Of a stretch of 64,000 bases of DNA, positions 47,732-57,598 are shown in pieces. Source of the stretch: a bacterium (GTDB taxonomy: Bacteria > Patescibacteriota > Minisyncoccia > Phycocordibacterales > UBA2100); contig JAUSJH010000009.1 of NCBI GenBank assembly GCA_030647655.1, positions 18,196-82,195 on the forward strand, read 5' to 3'. The number at the start of each line of letters is the position of its first letter. The stretch's first letter is position 1. Both the position numbers and the translations under genes were made by a program. Below the pieces are notes generated by a model, which saw only the letters and a program-made list of their open reading frames with translations, ran no database searches and was not told where the DNA came from.

Positions 47732-49665
47732 TGTTTCGATGCTGTGGACGCTTCCTGCGCCGCGTTGAAATTTATCGGCGACGATTGGATCTGCCCCGCC
47801 TGTGTACTCGCACTGGCCGCAACTTTAGACACGGCCTCAGGCGATGTGCCGCCCGCGTTAGCGAGGTCCTGTTTCGCCTTTTTGATCGCGAGTATCTGGG
47901 ATGGATCCGACGTGATTATTTGATCTTCGGTGTACGAAGCGATGACCTTGATTGCGACGTGTTTCAGACCGGCGAAGAAAATTCCCTCTCCCACGTCGGA
48001 TTCAAGAAGCAAATATTTTTCTTCGTCGGAAAGCTTGAAGGTTTGTTGCACAAGGTCGACGGAGGTCGGAGATTGCCGTAGAAGCATCTGAATGGAAGAG
48101 TTGGTAATCATCGGAATGCCGTAGGGAGAATTCAAGAAGTCGGAGACGTCCTGCGTAATCGTCGAGATGCCGAGGAAGTATTTGCGTCCGCGCTTTGCGA
48201 TAGAGAAGAGAAACGATGCGGTGTCTTCGCTACGCATCATCCACCACGCTTCATCAATGACCAAGAGGCGCTTGCGGAGTTCTTTTCTGACTGCGTTCCA
48301 GATATGGTGCGTGATAATGTACATCGCGACCGGCTTCAGGTCATCTTCCATGTCGCGCACCGAGAATACGATGAGCTTTTTGTTCATGTCTACATTGGTC
48401 GGCCTGTTCATGAATCCCGCCCACGTTCCCTTGGTGTATTTCGAGAGGCGCGCGACAAGCGATTCCGACCCCTCCATGCCCGAAAGCACGAGCTCGAAGT
48501 CGGAGAGAAGTGGTGGTTCAACCAGAGCAAAGTTGGCATCTGCTGTGATGTCTTTCAAGGCGTAAGTCTCGGTGATTGCCCTGTCGATGACGGCGTCCTC
48601 CTCCGGGGTGAGCCCGCCAAGCATGATGCGAAAGAGCCCCACCAGAGTGATGATGTTGTTGCGCAACACGTCAGACGGGTTCTCGTCCTCTCTCGGGATG
48701 GCAAGGTCGAACGGATTTATATGGTGCTCCGATGAGAGCGAGATATTGAAATAGCGGCCGCCCACCGTCTCTGCTAGGTATTCATACTCGCGCTCCGGGT
48801 CGATGACGATAACCTCGGTGTCGAACATGAGTGAGCGCAGGATCTCCAATTTTGTCGTGTATGATTTTCCGGCGCCGGATTTGGCGAAGGTCACGGAATT
48901 GTAGTTCTCCAAACTAAAGCGGTCGAATAGAATGAGTGAGGAATTATGTCTGTTGATGCCATAGAGGATTCCGCGATCCGAAGTAAGATCGAAGGAAATA
49001 AATGGGAAGATAGAGGAAAGCGGCGCGGAATTCAGTTTGGTGTGCACATTAATCTCGTCGGTCGCAATCGGAAGCACGGAGCGGAAGCCCTGCTCCTGCT
49101 GGAAGAGCGCGGGCCGGATGTAGACCAAGCGCGATTCGAGGATCGAGCGCACTTCGGTCTCCACTTTGTCTATTTCTTCTCGCGTATTGCCGTAAATTGT
49201 TAGGTAGAGTCCTACCTCAAAAATGCGCTCCTGCGCTTGCTGGAGAGAATCACGCAGTTGCTCGAGGTCGGAATAGGCGGTGTCGAGCATCGGGTCGCGC
49301 ACCATACCTTTTTGTTCACGTGTCGATATCTGACTTTGTACCTCGGCAACTTTCTTCTGGAATTTGCGGAGCATATCGTTGGTATCCATGGGGTGAACGA
49401 ATATAGAGATATCGATGACCTTGTCCATGTTGATGATAGGTGCAAACCACCCCGTCGTGAGGAAGCGCGGATACGAGATAACGAAGAACGTACGCGCTAT
49501 CTTCTCCCCCAAATCGAGCTCGCGCGAGTTGACGCGGAGAGCATGCGGCGCGATGACGTCTTGGAGGTCGAGCACGCCCGACTTGTATATCTCTTCTGGC
49601 AGTACGGGGAGAACGTTCGGCCCTTCTTCCGCTTTCTTTTTTTTAAACAGGTCCAAGAGTGCCAT
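47728..49665 (-). CDS. virB4: VirB4/TraC-family type IV secretion ATPase
   Basis: YGIN......FDRF, Walker A AKSGAGKS, IDPEREY, INPFD, Walker B IDEAW, RGRKY, ITQ.V.DF. Confidence 0.92.
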   Translation of the reverse strand: MALLDLFKKKKAEEGPNVLPVLPEEIYKSGVLDLQDVIAPHALRVNSRELDLGEKIARTFFVISYPRFLTTGWFAPIINMDKVIDISIFVHPMDTNDMLRKFQKKVAEVQSQISTREQKGMVRDPMLDTAYSDLEQLRDSLQQAQERIFEVGLYLTIYGNTREEIDKVETEVRSILESRLVYIRPALFQQEQGFRSVLPIATDEINVHTKLNSAPLSSIFPFISFDLTSDRGILYGINRHNSSLILFDRFSLENYNSVTFAKSGAGKSYTTKLEILRSLMFDTEVIVIDPEREYEYLAETVGGRYFNISLSSEHHINPFDLAIPREDENPSDVLRNNIITLVGLFRIMLGGLTPEEDAVIDRAITETYALKDITADANFALVEPPLLSDFELVLSGMEGSESLVARLSKYTKGTWAGFMNRPTNVDMNKKLIVFSVRDMEDDLKPVAMYIITHHIWNAVRKELRKRLLVIDEAWWMMRSEDTASFLFSIAKRGRKYFLGISTITQDVSDFLNSPYGIPMITNSSIQMLLRQSPTSVDLVQQTFKLSDEEKYLLLESDVGEGIFFAGLKHVAIKVIASYTEDQIITSDPSQILAIKKAKQDLANAGGTSPEAVSKVAASASTQAGQIQSSPINFNAAQEASTASKQ

Positions 49666-49667
49666 AA

Positions 49668-50330
49668 TTATTTTTGCAGTGGCATCGGCTTTCCTTCTTC
49701 ACCGGGGTTGAACATCTTATAGAGGAGTTCTATCGCTTCTTCGGTGCCGAGCTGCACGGTGCGCACGCCGGTGCGTACCAATCCCTGCTGTACTATGGCG
49801 ACGCGCTGCTCCAACTGTGTAACCTGCTCTTCGAATGTTCTGTTCGCGTCTTCAGTACTGGCATTTTTCTTTCCGAAGGGCAACATCGAAAGCATCCCTT
49901 TTTTATTGATGGCAATCGAGGGAGAATATGGCACGGCGACAAAGAAATTCTTCGTCATGATGTTCGCGGCCTCGGTGAAGCTTTTCACGAACTCGATGTA
50001 TTCGCGGATCTGGATACGCATGAGGTCGTCGAGCTGTTCTTTGTATGCGGCCTCAAGAGTCGCGACATAGGGGCGGATGTCGAGCATGCGCGATTGCACG
50101 AATATTTGCACGGAGAAGTCGAGTGAGTTGAGGAAATTTTGGAACTGCATGATGAATGCGGTTTGTTCATCCTCGCTCTTGAGCGCGAAGTTGAGTGAAG
50201 AAGCGAGAAGGATCGCACGCAGGCCACCGTCTTTGAGTACAACAACGCCGTCGCGCACTTCAGAAACTGGCAAAAACTCCTGTGTCGAGCGAGCGGAAGC
50301 GCGGGGGCCTTTGTCTGCTGTTGTAGGCAT
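49668..50330 (-). CDS. TraC-like/VirB4-associated protein
   Basis: STQ.F......DG....K.G..R......NF.LKS..EQ......FQ.FLNSL.F..QI. Lies between prgI and virB4. Confidence 0.7.
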   Translation of the reverse strand: MPTTADKGPRASARSTQEFLPVSEVRDGVVVLKDGGLRAILLASSLNFALKSEDEQTAFIMQFQNFLNSLDFSVQIFVQSRMLDIRPYVATLEAAYKEQLDDLMRIQIREYIEFVKSFTEAANIMTKNFFVAVPYSPSIAINKKGMLSMLPFGKKNASTEDANRTFEEQVTQLEQRVAIVQQGLVRTGVRTVQLGTEEAIELLYKMFNPGEEGKPMPLQK

Positions 50331-50334
50331 AGGT

Positions 50335-50853
50335 CTAATTATCTTTGGGGAGGCGAGCCATCGCCTGTTGGGGGGTGCGGATAGGAACGACAATATCCTC
50401 CGATGTCCGCACAATGTGCTTTTCTTCATCGTTTGCCACTCCGGCCGCAATACGTTCTTTGATGTCCAAGCTCCACGCAAGTTCATGGAGCTTGCTTCCC
50501 GAGAGCTTGGGGACGTAGATTTCCGAACTACCTAGCGCGAGCTTGCCAATCACAGGCTGGGCAGTCTTCTTTTTGCGTGTATTGTTCCAGAGATACAGCT
50601 TGCTTCGCACAAGGAAAAAGAAGCCATTCTCAAGGCCTACTATGAACGGCCGGCCGTTGAACTGGAAAAAAGCAAGGCCAGCGGCAAGCCCTCCGACCAC
50701 TGCTATCAAAGGTCCGGCAAAGTAGATAGGTAATATACGCCAGAAAATGTAGCAGGCTCCGAAGCCACCCATAACGTAGATAAATTGCTTGAAGGTCAGA
50801 GGGCCAAAAATCTTGTCCTCGACCTCGATGAATTGCGGGACTTGGAATTGCAT
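50335..50853 (-). CDS. PrgI family protein (VirB3-like)
   Basis: MQF.VPQFIE.EDKIFGPLT.KQF, two TM helices, NGRPF. Confidence 0.85.
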   Translation of the reverse strand: MQFQVPQFIEVEDKIFGPLTFKQFIYVMGGFGACYIFWRILPIYFAGPLIAVVGGLAAGLAFFQFNGRPFIVGLENGFFFLVRSKLYLWNNTRKKKTAQPVIGKLALGSSEIYVPKLSGSKLHELAWSLDIKERIAAGVANDEEKHIVRTSEDIVVPIRTPQQAMARLPKDN

Positions 50854-50897
50854 GGCTCCATTATATCAGTGTACGGGGCTCTCCCCCGCCACTGTTC

Positions 50898-50958
50898 ACC
50901 CCGTGAGAGAACAAATCGTGTGTCCAAAGACTAGCTTGACCGCATTCTCTCATGGGGT
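50898..50958. repeat. Intergenic inverted repeat (REP/MITE-like)
   Basis: ACCCCGTGAGAGAA ... TTCTCTCATGGGGT: 14-bp arms with one mismatch and a 33-nt spacer. Confidence 0.6.
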
Positions 50959-51531
50959 TCACGCTGGCGGCTCGCGATAGGGGTCGTCGTGTACAGACTT
51001 GCGTGCGACACTCGTTTCGCCTGCTTTGTACGACTCGGAGACAGGCGCGCGCACGATTCTCCCCTCCGGCGGCGGCGCAGGCGGGGTCGCTGGCTGGACT
51101 ACGGGGGTTGCGAGCACCGGGCGCATAGGAGCATCACTCAAGACTTGCGTACGCATGCCCTCGACCCCGCTTACCTCTGCCGCTTTTGCATCCGGATGCT
51201 CAAGCTCCCGCTCCAGCTCTTCGCGTATAGGCTGGAATACGATGCGCGAAATATCCGCAGCGAGCGAGATTGCCATTTCCTTCGAAATATCAAGGTCGGT
51301 TTTCAGACTATCGGCAAGTTCTTCCGGCATCTGGAAGCCCAAGAGCGTCATCATGACTTCGTTCTCGAGAAGTTGCCACTGGTCGAGATGAAGTTTATTG
51401 GTATCGGCCAGTGCCCGTAACTGCTTTTGTATGTCCGCTGATGTAATAGCGTTTTGTAGCACTTTTGGCAACTCCTTAAAGCGTTCGCGCAACTTTGTGT
51501 TCAACTCGTCCTGCGGGGTATCTACATCCAT
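50959..51531 (-). CDS. Conserved hypothetical protein
   Basis: LP..LQ.AI, LH.DQ...LENE....LLG, Pro-rich tail ending DPYREP. Confidence 0.65.
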   Translation of the reverse strand: MDVDTPQDELNTKLRERFKELPKVLQNAITSADIQKQLRALADTNKLHLDQWQLLENEVMMTLLGFQMPEELADSLKTDLDISKEMAISLAADISRIVFQPIREELERELEHPDAKAAEVSGVEGMRTQVLSDAPMRPVLATPVVQPATPPAPPPEGRIVRAPVSESYKAGETSVARKSVHDDPYREPPA

Positions 51532-51534
51532 ATA

Positions 51535-53859
51535 TTAAGGCGTGGCCGGCGGCGGAGTTGCGGCCGGAGAATCGGCTTGTATGTCTGCCATAACATCGCG
51601 CAAACTTTTGGTCCTTATTTTATTTTTGTAGAGCTTCTTTGTTTCCTGGCCGATCACCTCGTTTGCTCCGGTGGCGCGGCCGAGTGCTCGCTCAAATATG
51701 TTGCCCGATTTTTGCCCGATCTTCTCGGCAATGTTCTCACCGCTTTTTCCCATAGCGGCAACAATTGTCTCTGCGGCTCCTTCGGCCAGCCTTTTCGTTT
51801 CTTCCTCGTAATCTTTCAACTGCCTCTCCGCCTCCTTCCAAGGCCTCTCCGCCTCCGCTACTCCATTTTCAATGATTTTTACATTCGCCTGTGCTTCTTT
51901 TATGCGATTATCTTCGTCACGCATTTGCGACTTCTGTTGGTCAGGAGTTAGGCTGGTATTGGCTGCGATCCTTATTTTCTCTTGCGAGACGCGATCTTTG
52001 ACAATATCAGCGTTTTGTTGAGCCGCGGCTAGTTTCTGCGGAAGCTGTTGCATCTGTTTTATGTTTTCCGCGTTCGTTTTTTCAGATCGCCGCGCTGCTT
52101 CTAGCTGTTGAAGTCCGAGTTCACGCTTCTGCTGTTCAATTCGTCGAGCCTTTTCACGTGCGTTCTCGTTATCATCTGCCGATGGAGCAACTTTTGCTGC
52201 TAGTTTTTCAGCAGCCTCCGTACGAGCTTTAACTTGGCTATCGTAACCTTTTGTATCTCTTGTCGATTCTCCCGCCACAAATCCGCTAATACCAGCCGCT
52301 TTTGTCGCCGCTTTCATGGCTGTTGTATCCATGAGATTCATCTTGCTGTCCGCAATTTTCCCAATTCCGAAACGAGTTGCTTGTTTGAGTTTAAGAGCAG
52401 CCGATTCTTCCAGTTTGCGCGCTTCTGCCCCATATTTTGCAGCCATCGGGCTCATTTCGTCGAAAGCCCTCGCTTCCTGAGCGCGTTTCAACGAGGCAAG
52501 CTTGTTTATCTCTTTAGCCTGTCCTATGCGGGTGTTCCGGTACTTGCTTGCCACGAATCCAGCGGTCTGACGCAAGAGCGGTGCGGCGATGAAGCGTGCG
52601 CCCATGGTGAACGGCAATGCCGTTGCCATTTGTGAAATATTGAATCCGCCGATTTTGCCGGCCCAGATGCTCGAGAACTTGAACGAAGCAAAAAGTAGCC
52701 CGAGCACCATTAGATATATGAAAAGAGATTCAAGATTGACCGCCTTTGTAGGCTCGCTCAGGAGTCCGCCGAGCGTTCCGCCATGCGGCCGCATGGCTTT
52801 TGCGATAGAGACGGTGACCCAGAGGAAGAGCATCAAAAGCGGAGCGAAGACCGCGCTCCGTAGGAGCGAACTCCACCACGTTTTCCACCCGTAGCTACTC
52901 GTCTCCCACGCAGGGATGAGGTACGAAGCGAAGGCTGCGGACGCAGTGATCATCAGGAAGATTATTAGTACCGCGCGTGAGATGAGTAGGAAAGAGCCGT
53001 ACAAAAGGACAAGTGCGGCGGCTAGGAAAAGCGTCGATGAGAAAATGCCGTGCAAGAATGCCATCCACCCGTTGTTCAGTGCATCAGCGCCAGCGTCGAG
53101 TGTCTTGAACGTCTGGGCCCCGCTTGTGACGCCCATGAGACTGATGAACGAACCGGCTACGCCCGCGTTCGTGAATTTGTACGAAACATCCTCCGCTCCC
53201 AATGTGGCTCCTATGGCAGCCACCTGACTGTTCTGCGTGTTCCCCCCGATCCCCGTGGCCTCGTACAACTGCTTGGCGGTGAAGTTTGAAGCATCGATTA
53301 TCATCTTCGTGAAGAGAAGACTGAAGTTGATGAGTACGGCAATAATAAGCACGCGCGCTATCATCTTTTTTTGACCGAATTCCTTTAGTCCGATGATGAT
53401 GGATATCGCGATGAAGGTGAATATACCGATGATGAGGATGTTGGCAATATCGCGGAATACGGTCCACGCAATTTCAACGCCCTGCTTGACGCCGCCGCTA
53501 AAGAAAGTACCGAACTCGACGACGGTGTAGTTCATGATCCAGTTAAAAAGAAGTCCCGATACTTCAAGAAGCCATGCGGTAAGTTGGATTAATAGAGTTG
53601 CGATGACGACTCCGATCAGTCTACCGGTGCATATTACAGGGCTGTACCAGTAATTCGTGAATCCGCTACAGGAGATCTGGTTTGCGGCGCTTGCCGCAGG
53701 AGTCGTTTGTGCGGATGCTACAGTGGCGTGCATGGTAAAGGCGGTTTCTGTAAATGACATCGACAACGGAACGCACACAAGCAATATCGCAAGAATTATT
53801 ATTACTTGCTTGAATCGTGTGCGATGTTTTGTCAGCGTGTACATATTTATTTCCTCCAC
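51535..53859 (-). CDS. VirB6/TrbL-like polytopic membrane protein with coiled-coil tail
   Basis: W...RD.ANI, LINFSL..TK.IID.SN, about eight TM helices, long charged C-terminus. Confidence 0.7.
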   Translation of the reverse strand: MEEINMYTLTKHRTRFKQVIIILAILLVCVPLSMSFTETAFTMHATVASAQTTPAASAANQISCSGFTNYWYSPVICTGRLIGVVIATLLIQLTAWLLEVSGLLFNWIMNYTVVEFGTFFSGGVKQGVEIAWTVFRDIANILIIGIFTFIAISIIIGLKEFGQKKMIARVLIIAVLINFSLLFTKMIIDASNFTAKQLYEATGIGGNTQNSQVAAIGATLGAEDVSYKFTNAGVAGSFISLMGVTSGAQTFKTLDAGADALNNGWMAFLHGIFSSTLFLAAALVLLYGSFLLISRAVLIIFLMITASAAFASYLIPAWETSSYGWKTWWSSLLRSAVFAPLLMLFLWVTVSIAKAMRPHGGTLGGLLSEPTKAVNLESLFIYLMVLGLLFASFKFSSIWAGKIGGFNISQMATALPFTMGARFIAAPLLRQTAGFVASKYRNTRIGQAKEINKLASLKRAQEARAFDEMSPMAAKYGAEARKLEESAALKLKQATRFGIGKIADSKMNLMDTTAMKAATKAAGISGFVAGESTRDTKGYDSQVKARTEAAEKLAAKVAPSADDNENAREKARRIEQQKRELGLQQLEAARRSEKTNAENIKQMQQLPQKLAAAQQNADIVKDRVSQEKIRIAANTSLTPDQQKSQMRDEDNRIKEAQANVKIIENGVAEAERPWKEAERQLKDYEEETKRLAEGAAETIVAAMGKSGENIAEKIGQKSGNIFERALGRATGANEVIGQETKKLYKNKIRTKSLRDVMADIQADSPAATPPPATP

Positions 53860-55427
53860 TTGTCTTTCCAGCCCTGTATGACAGCTGGATTATTGACGTT
53901 GCACCAGCCGACAGCAGGGTTCGCGTTGTCGGCCCACGCTTGTACAGTGTTGGTAACGAGCGTACTCATCACATCTCTCACGTTGGTGAGTTGCTGGAGG
54001 ACGCCGGTGGGGCCGTCCACGTCCGGTCTTTTATGAATCAGGTCCCGTGCAATCAGTGCGTCGAGTTGTTCGATAGCTCTGCGCTGCGCGTCCGGCGAGG
54101 TCGTATTTGTGACGCCTTGGATGAGCTCTTCAATGAGCCGCAGAGCGTTCTCGGACTTCTCTATGTTGGTAATCATGGTCGATGCGAGCTCCGCGATCTG
54201 CGCGTCTATGACATTCTGCGCGAATTTCTCGGTCGAGGTCGCGATTTCGTATGTCGTGCCACTTGCTACACACGTATTATCACGAGTGACTGGTGCATTT
54301 TCACACACTCTCGGGACGACAAGGTTCCAGCACTGCTCCTCCGCGCTCCGCAACTGCGCAATCGTTTGTGTCAGGACCGCGCCAATGGCATTGACCGCTT
54401 GTAAGTACGTGGCCTCCACCTGCCGTGCTGCCGCGAGGAGATTAAGTGCGGCGTTGACGACGGCATTGCGGAGTCCTTGCGAGGATTGCTGTGTGATTTG
54501 GTCGAGATACGAAGGCTGGCCGCCGATACCTTGCGTGATGCCCGCAAGACCTCCGTCGTTGGTGATGATTTGCGTCGTCATTCCTGCATAAAGGGCGCCT
54601 ATCATCTGTCCGATGTCATTGGCACTCTCAAGTTGGTACACGGGGCTGTCGAGGATTCTCTGGAACGATTCTTGCACCGTGGCCGCCGGAGTGACCACAT
54701 TGCCCTCACTATCGGTAACGGGATAGTAACCACGGCCCCAAGTCCACTGGTCTTGCTGGTACTGCTCAGCGCGGGCGATGCTGGCGCCAGCGAGTTCTTC
54801 TGACAGGTAGAACGCGGAGAGTGGATCGCACGGAGCGGAACCTGCAGCGGCGACAGCATCCCATATATTTACACCCGTCGGAAGCAGTCCGCTGTGTACG
54901 AGCAAAAGATTCCCCTGATATGGGCAGGTAAGTATTTTCTGTGGGGCACGTGTCCTTACGTCGTAGTTGCGCACGAGCGTGCGTGTTATTGGTCCTTGAA
55001 GGGATGTGTTGAGACTTTTAAGCTTTTCTCCCTGAAGAAATCCCAGCATTGTCGAGTCTATTGCCCCCGTGAGTATTTCTTGTCCCTCATTAACGACATA
55101 GAGCGGTTTCCCGTCGCGACCAGTTGTGACCCCTACAATCGCTCTCTTGCCGAAAGCGGAGGTTGCCGCCTCGCGTTGACGGTCAATCACTTCGCGCAAG
55201 ATGCATTCTTTGTAGACAAGGATTCCGGTATTAAGTTCGACAGTGGCATCAGCGACGGGCACGTAGACCCCGCCGGTCGCTGCCATAGAACCGATTGACA
55301 TCGCGTAGGCGCCGTTCAAATTGCAGTCAAAAATCCCCTTCCGCGCGTATTGGTATGGGGGGTCTGTTTGCGCCAGAGCCGGTAGGGGTAAAAGTGCGAA
55401 CACGAGAATGAAGAGGAGTTTTCTCAT
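53847..55427 (-). CDS. Secreted helical hypothetical protein of the T4SS-like cluster
   Basis: Signal peptide (ALA-Q), KEC.L, WG.G, TPA..V. Confidence 0.65.
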   Translation of the reverse strand: MRKLLFILVFALLPLPALAQTDPPYQYARKGIFDCNLNGAYAMSIGSMAATGGVYVPVADATVELNTGILVYKECILREVIDRQREAATSAFGKRAIVGVTTGRDGKPLYVVNEGQEILTGAIDSTMLGFLQGEKLKSLNTSLQGPITRTLVRNYDVRTRAPQKILTCPYQGNLLLVHSGLLPTGVNIWDAVAAAGSAPCDPLSAFYLSEELAGASIARAEQYQQDQWTWGRGYYPVTDSEGNVVTPAATVQESFQRILDSPVYQLESANDIGQMIGALYAGMTTQIITNDGGLAGITQGIGGQPSYLDQITQQSSQGLRNAVVNAALNLLAAARQVEATYLQAVNAIGAVLTQTIAQLRSAEEQCWNLVVPRVCENAPVTRDNTCVASGTTYEIATSTEKFAQNVIDAQIAELASTMITNIEKSENALRLIEELIQGVTNTTSPDAQRRAIEQLDALIARDLIHKRPDVDGPTGVLQQLTNVRDVMSTLVTNTVQAWADNANPAVGWCNVNNPAVIQGWKDKWRK

Positions 55428-56266
55428 GACTTTTTCTGCTTCTGGTACGTCACAAGCGCTTGGAAGGATGCGAGCACATCGGATTCAGCCTGATTGTATG
55501 AGCGCAGAAGCGCAACGGAGGCGAATGGATCGTTTGCATTGTCTGCAAGCATCGTCAATACCGTACCGAATTCCTGCAATGCGTTCAGAATGGCGATGTG
55601 GCGCGATGCGGCGTCAGTCGGCACGATTATTTTTGCTCCAGCATCTGCCGATGCGAAATAGTTTTTCGCGGCACCCTTTAATTTTTCGAGATACACAGGG
55701 TCTTTTGTATCTGTGTAGCGCGCGAAAGTCTCGAATTCAAGCTCGGTATTCTTGAGGAGAGGAGCAAGTGCATCTTGCATGCTCTCGCGATAGACGAGCA
55801 TGCGCGCATATGAGGTATCAAGGTCCGTCTTGACGTCAGTAAGCGTGTACGTCTTATGCGATATGGGCACCTGCAGGTTCACCGCCATTCTTTCCGCAAT
55901 TTTCTGACCAACCTCGGGGGTATAGAGCCCCTGTTCTTGTAGCGCTGCGTATGTGTTCACGAGACCACCCAGTATCGCCGAGCCAATTGGAGAGCTCCCA
56001 TCATCCGATGACGTGGCGAGTTGCGCCCCAGCTTCGTAAGTATCAACTTTGTGTGCAGATACAGGGTCCGTGGAAGCAACGAACGATGTTGCTGCGCGCT
56101 TGGCTTCTATCGCGTTGTACGCTTGCCACCCTAAAGCAGTGACGAAAAGCAGAGCCGAAACTGCGGCGGTAACGAAAATTGCTGAAAACCCATACTCGTT
56201 GGTATACGCCAAAAAACTCACGCTGCTGTTTGCGCGCTCTTTTTCCACACGATAAGTATAGCGCAA
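55424..56266 (-). CDS. Membrane-anchored helical hypothetical protein
   Basis: N-terminal TM. C-terminal VP..A...H.A......G..L...YN shared with 56329..57240. Start uncertain. Confidence 0.6.
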   Translation of the reverse strand: MRYTYRVEKERANSSVSFLAYTNEYGFSAIFVTAAVSALLFVTALGWQAYNAIEAKRAATSFVASTDPVSAHKVDTYEAGAQLATSSDDGSSPIGSAILGGLVNTYAALQEQGLYTPEVGQKIAERMAVNLQVPISHKTYTLTDVKTDLDTSYARMLVYRESMQDALAPLLKNTELEFETFARYTDTKDPVYLEKLKGAAKNYFASADAGAKIIVPTDAASRHIAILNALQEFGTVLTMLADNANDPFASVALLRSYNQAESDVLASFQALVTYQKQKKS

Positions 56267-56328
56267 GAAAGAGGGCTCTTAGCTCCCCGGATAGCATTTT
56301 TAGGGGAAAATTCCTATGTCGAGCAGGA

Positions 56329-57240
56329 TTAGAGACCCATCGGAGTAAACGTGAAGACACTACCCGCGTCACTCGAAGAAAAGGCGACGCCGTAGGCGCC
56401 GAAAAGCGAAGCGAGCGCGATGTAGTTCTTGGTGAAAGTATCGGCCGAAGCGTTGTATTTTTCTATCGCATGAATAAAATCGCTATCGCGCTCCGCTTTG
56501 GGAACAAGCGCAAGATTCGTCCCGATCTCGATGTAACTTTGTGTAAGCGCCTTGTGCGTTCCTGCCACTTTAAGCGGCACGTTGTCCATGCCGGCGAGAT
56601 TATTGCCCAGATTTTGGAAAGAATGGGCGAGATTTACCACCGCCTCGGCTTTGCCCTGATCGGTGCGGTCCTCGACCTGCCCCTTGAGTATTTGCATCAT
56701 ATTTGAGTGCTGTTGTTCGAACGATTCGATGCTTGAGCCAATGTCGTTGCCGTAGCTGTAGAGCTCCTGCTGAAGATCGGTCCGCGCAGAAGTCGATGTT
56801 GTAGTACTCACAAGACCGCTCGGTATGAATGCGTATGCGCTCGGGATGTCCCCGCTTGCCGGAGCCGTGTTCAGCCTCGCTCCTTCGCGGACGAGCATCG
56901 CAACGAAATCATCAAAATTAAATGAATCACTGGCTAAAACATTCTGCGAAGCAGAATGTTCGCCCGATGCTCCGCTTCGCGGAGCGTTTAGGGGCGGTGT
57001 GTATGTGTAGGGCGGACCGCTCTTAACCCGTTGCATGATGTCCTCAGCATACGGAGATGCGCCAGAAGTTGGTACGTAGGAGGCGGGGTCAAGATACGCG
57101 TTTCCAGCTCCCCCCCATGCGGTTATTTGTGTTGCGGGGAGCGCAACTTTTTGTCTCTCAACAATGAATGCGCCGACGACGAGCAATATTCCTGCTCCGC
57201 AGAGCGCGGAAACATACGGATGCGTGCGGGTCCAGTCCAT
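56329..57240 (-). CDS. Membrane-anchored helical hypothetical protein (paralog of 55424..56266)
   Basis: N-terminal TM; VP..VA..H.AL.....G..L....YN. Confidence 0.62.
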   Translation of the reverse strand: MDWTRTHPYVSALCGAGILLVVGAFIVERQKVALPATQITAWGGAGNAYLDPASYVPTSGASPYAEDIMQRVKSGPPYTYTPPLNAPRSGASGEHSASQNVLASDSFNFDDFVAMLVREGARLNTAPASGDIPSAYAFIPSGLVSTTTSTSARTDLQQELYSYGNDIGSSIESFEQQHSNMMQILKGQVEDRTDQGKAEAVVNLAHSFQNLGNNLAGMDNVPLKVAGTHKALTQSYIEIGTNLALVPKAERDSDFIHAIEKYNASADTFTKNYIALASLFGAYGVAFSSSDAGSVFTFTPMGL

Positions 57241-57241
57241 A

Positions 57242-57556
57242 TTACTGACTACTCCCCATCATAGTTATGTAGGTCCCAGGCCAGACGATGACCGGCTGAA
57301 TCGAGACAATGCAATAGTAGGGAGCACCCGCAAGTCCCAAGAGCCATTGGCCCCCATGGGTTGGTGGACCGAATTGATAGGTCTTTGTAGACGGTGTCCA
57401 GATATAGGGTCCGCCGCGCGGGGGCCCGAGATTTGCGTAAATCGCTTGGTTGTAGCAGGGGATGACCATGCTTGCCTGTCCTCCAAAAGGAAATGCGAGC
57501 GCCCATGCTGGGAAGAGAAGCGCAAGAATACCTGAGACGGCACACACGACGCGCAT
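57242..57556 (-). CDS. Small secreted Cys/Pro/aromatic-rich protein
   Basis: Signal peptide, PFGG....IPC, GQWLLG......C, GSS end. TATAAT lies 6 nt before the ATG at 57556. Confidence 0.65.
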   Translation of the reverse strand: MRVVCAVSGILALLFPAWALAFPFGGQASMVIPCYNQAIYANLGPPRGGPYIWTPSTKTYQFGPPTHGGQWLLGLAGAPYYCIVSIQPVIVWPGTYITMMGSSQ

Positions 57557-57598
57557 ACATGTATTATACGGCATACGGCAAGCAGAAACCTGCGACGT

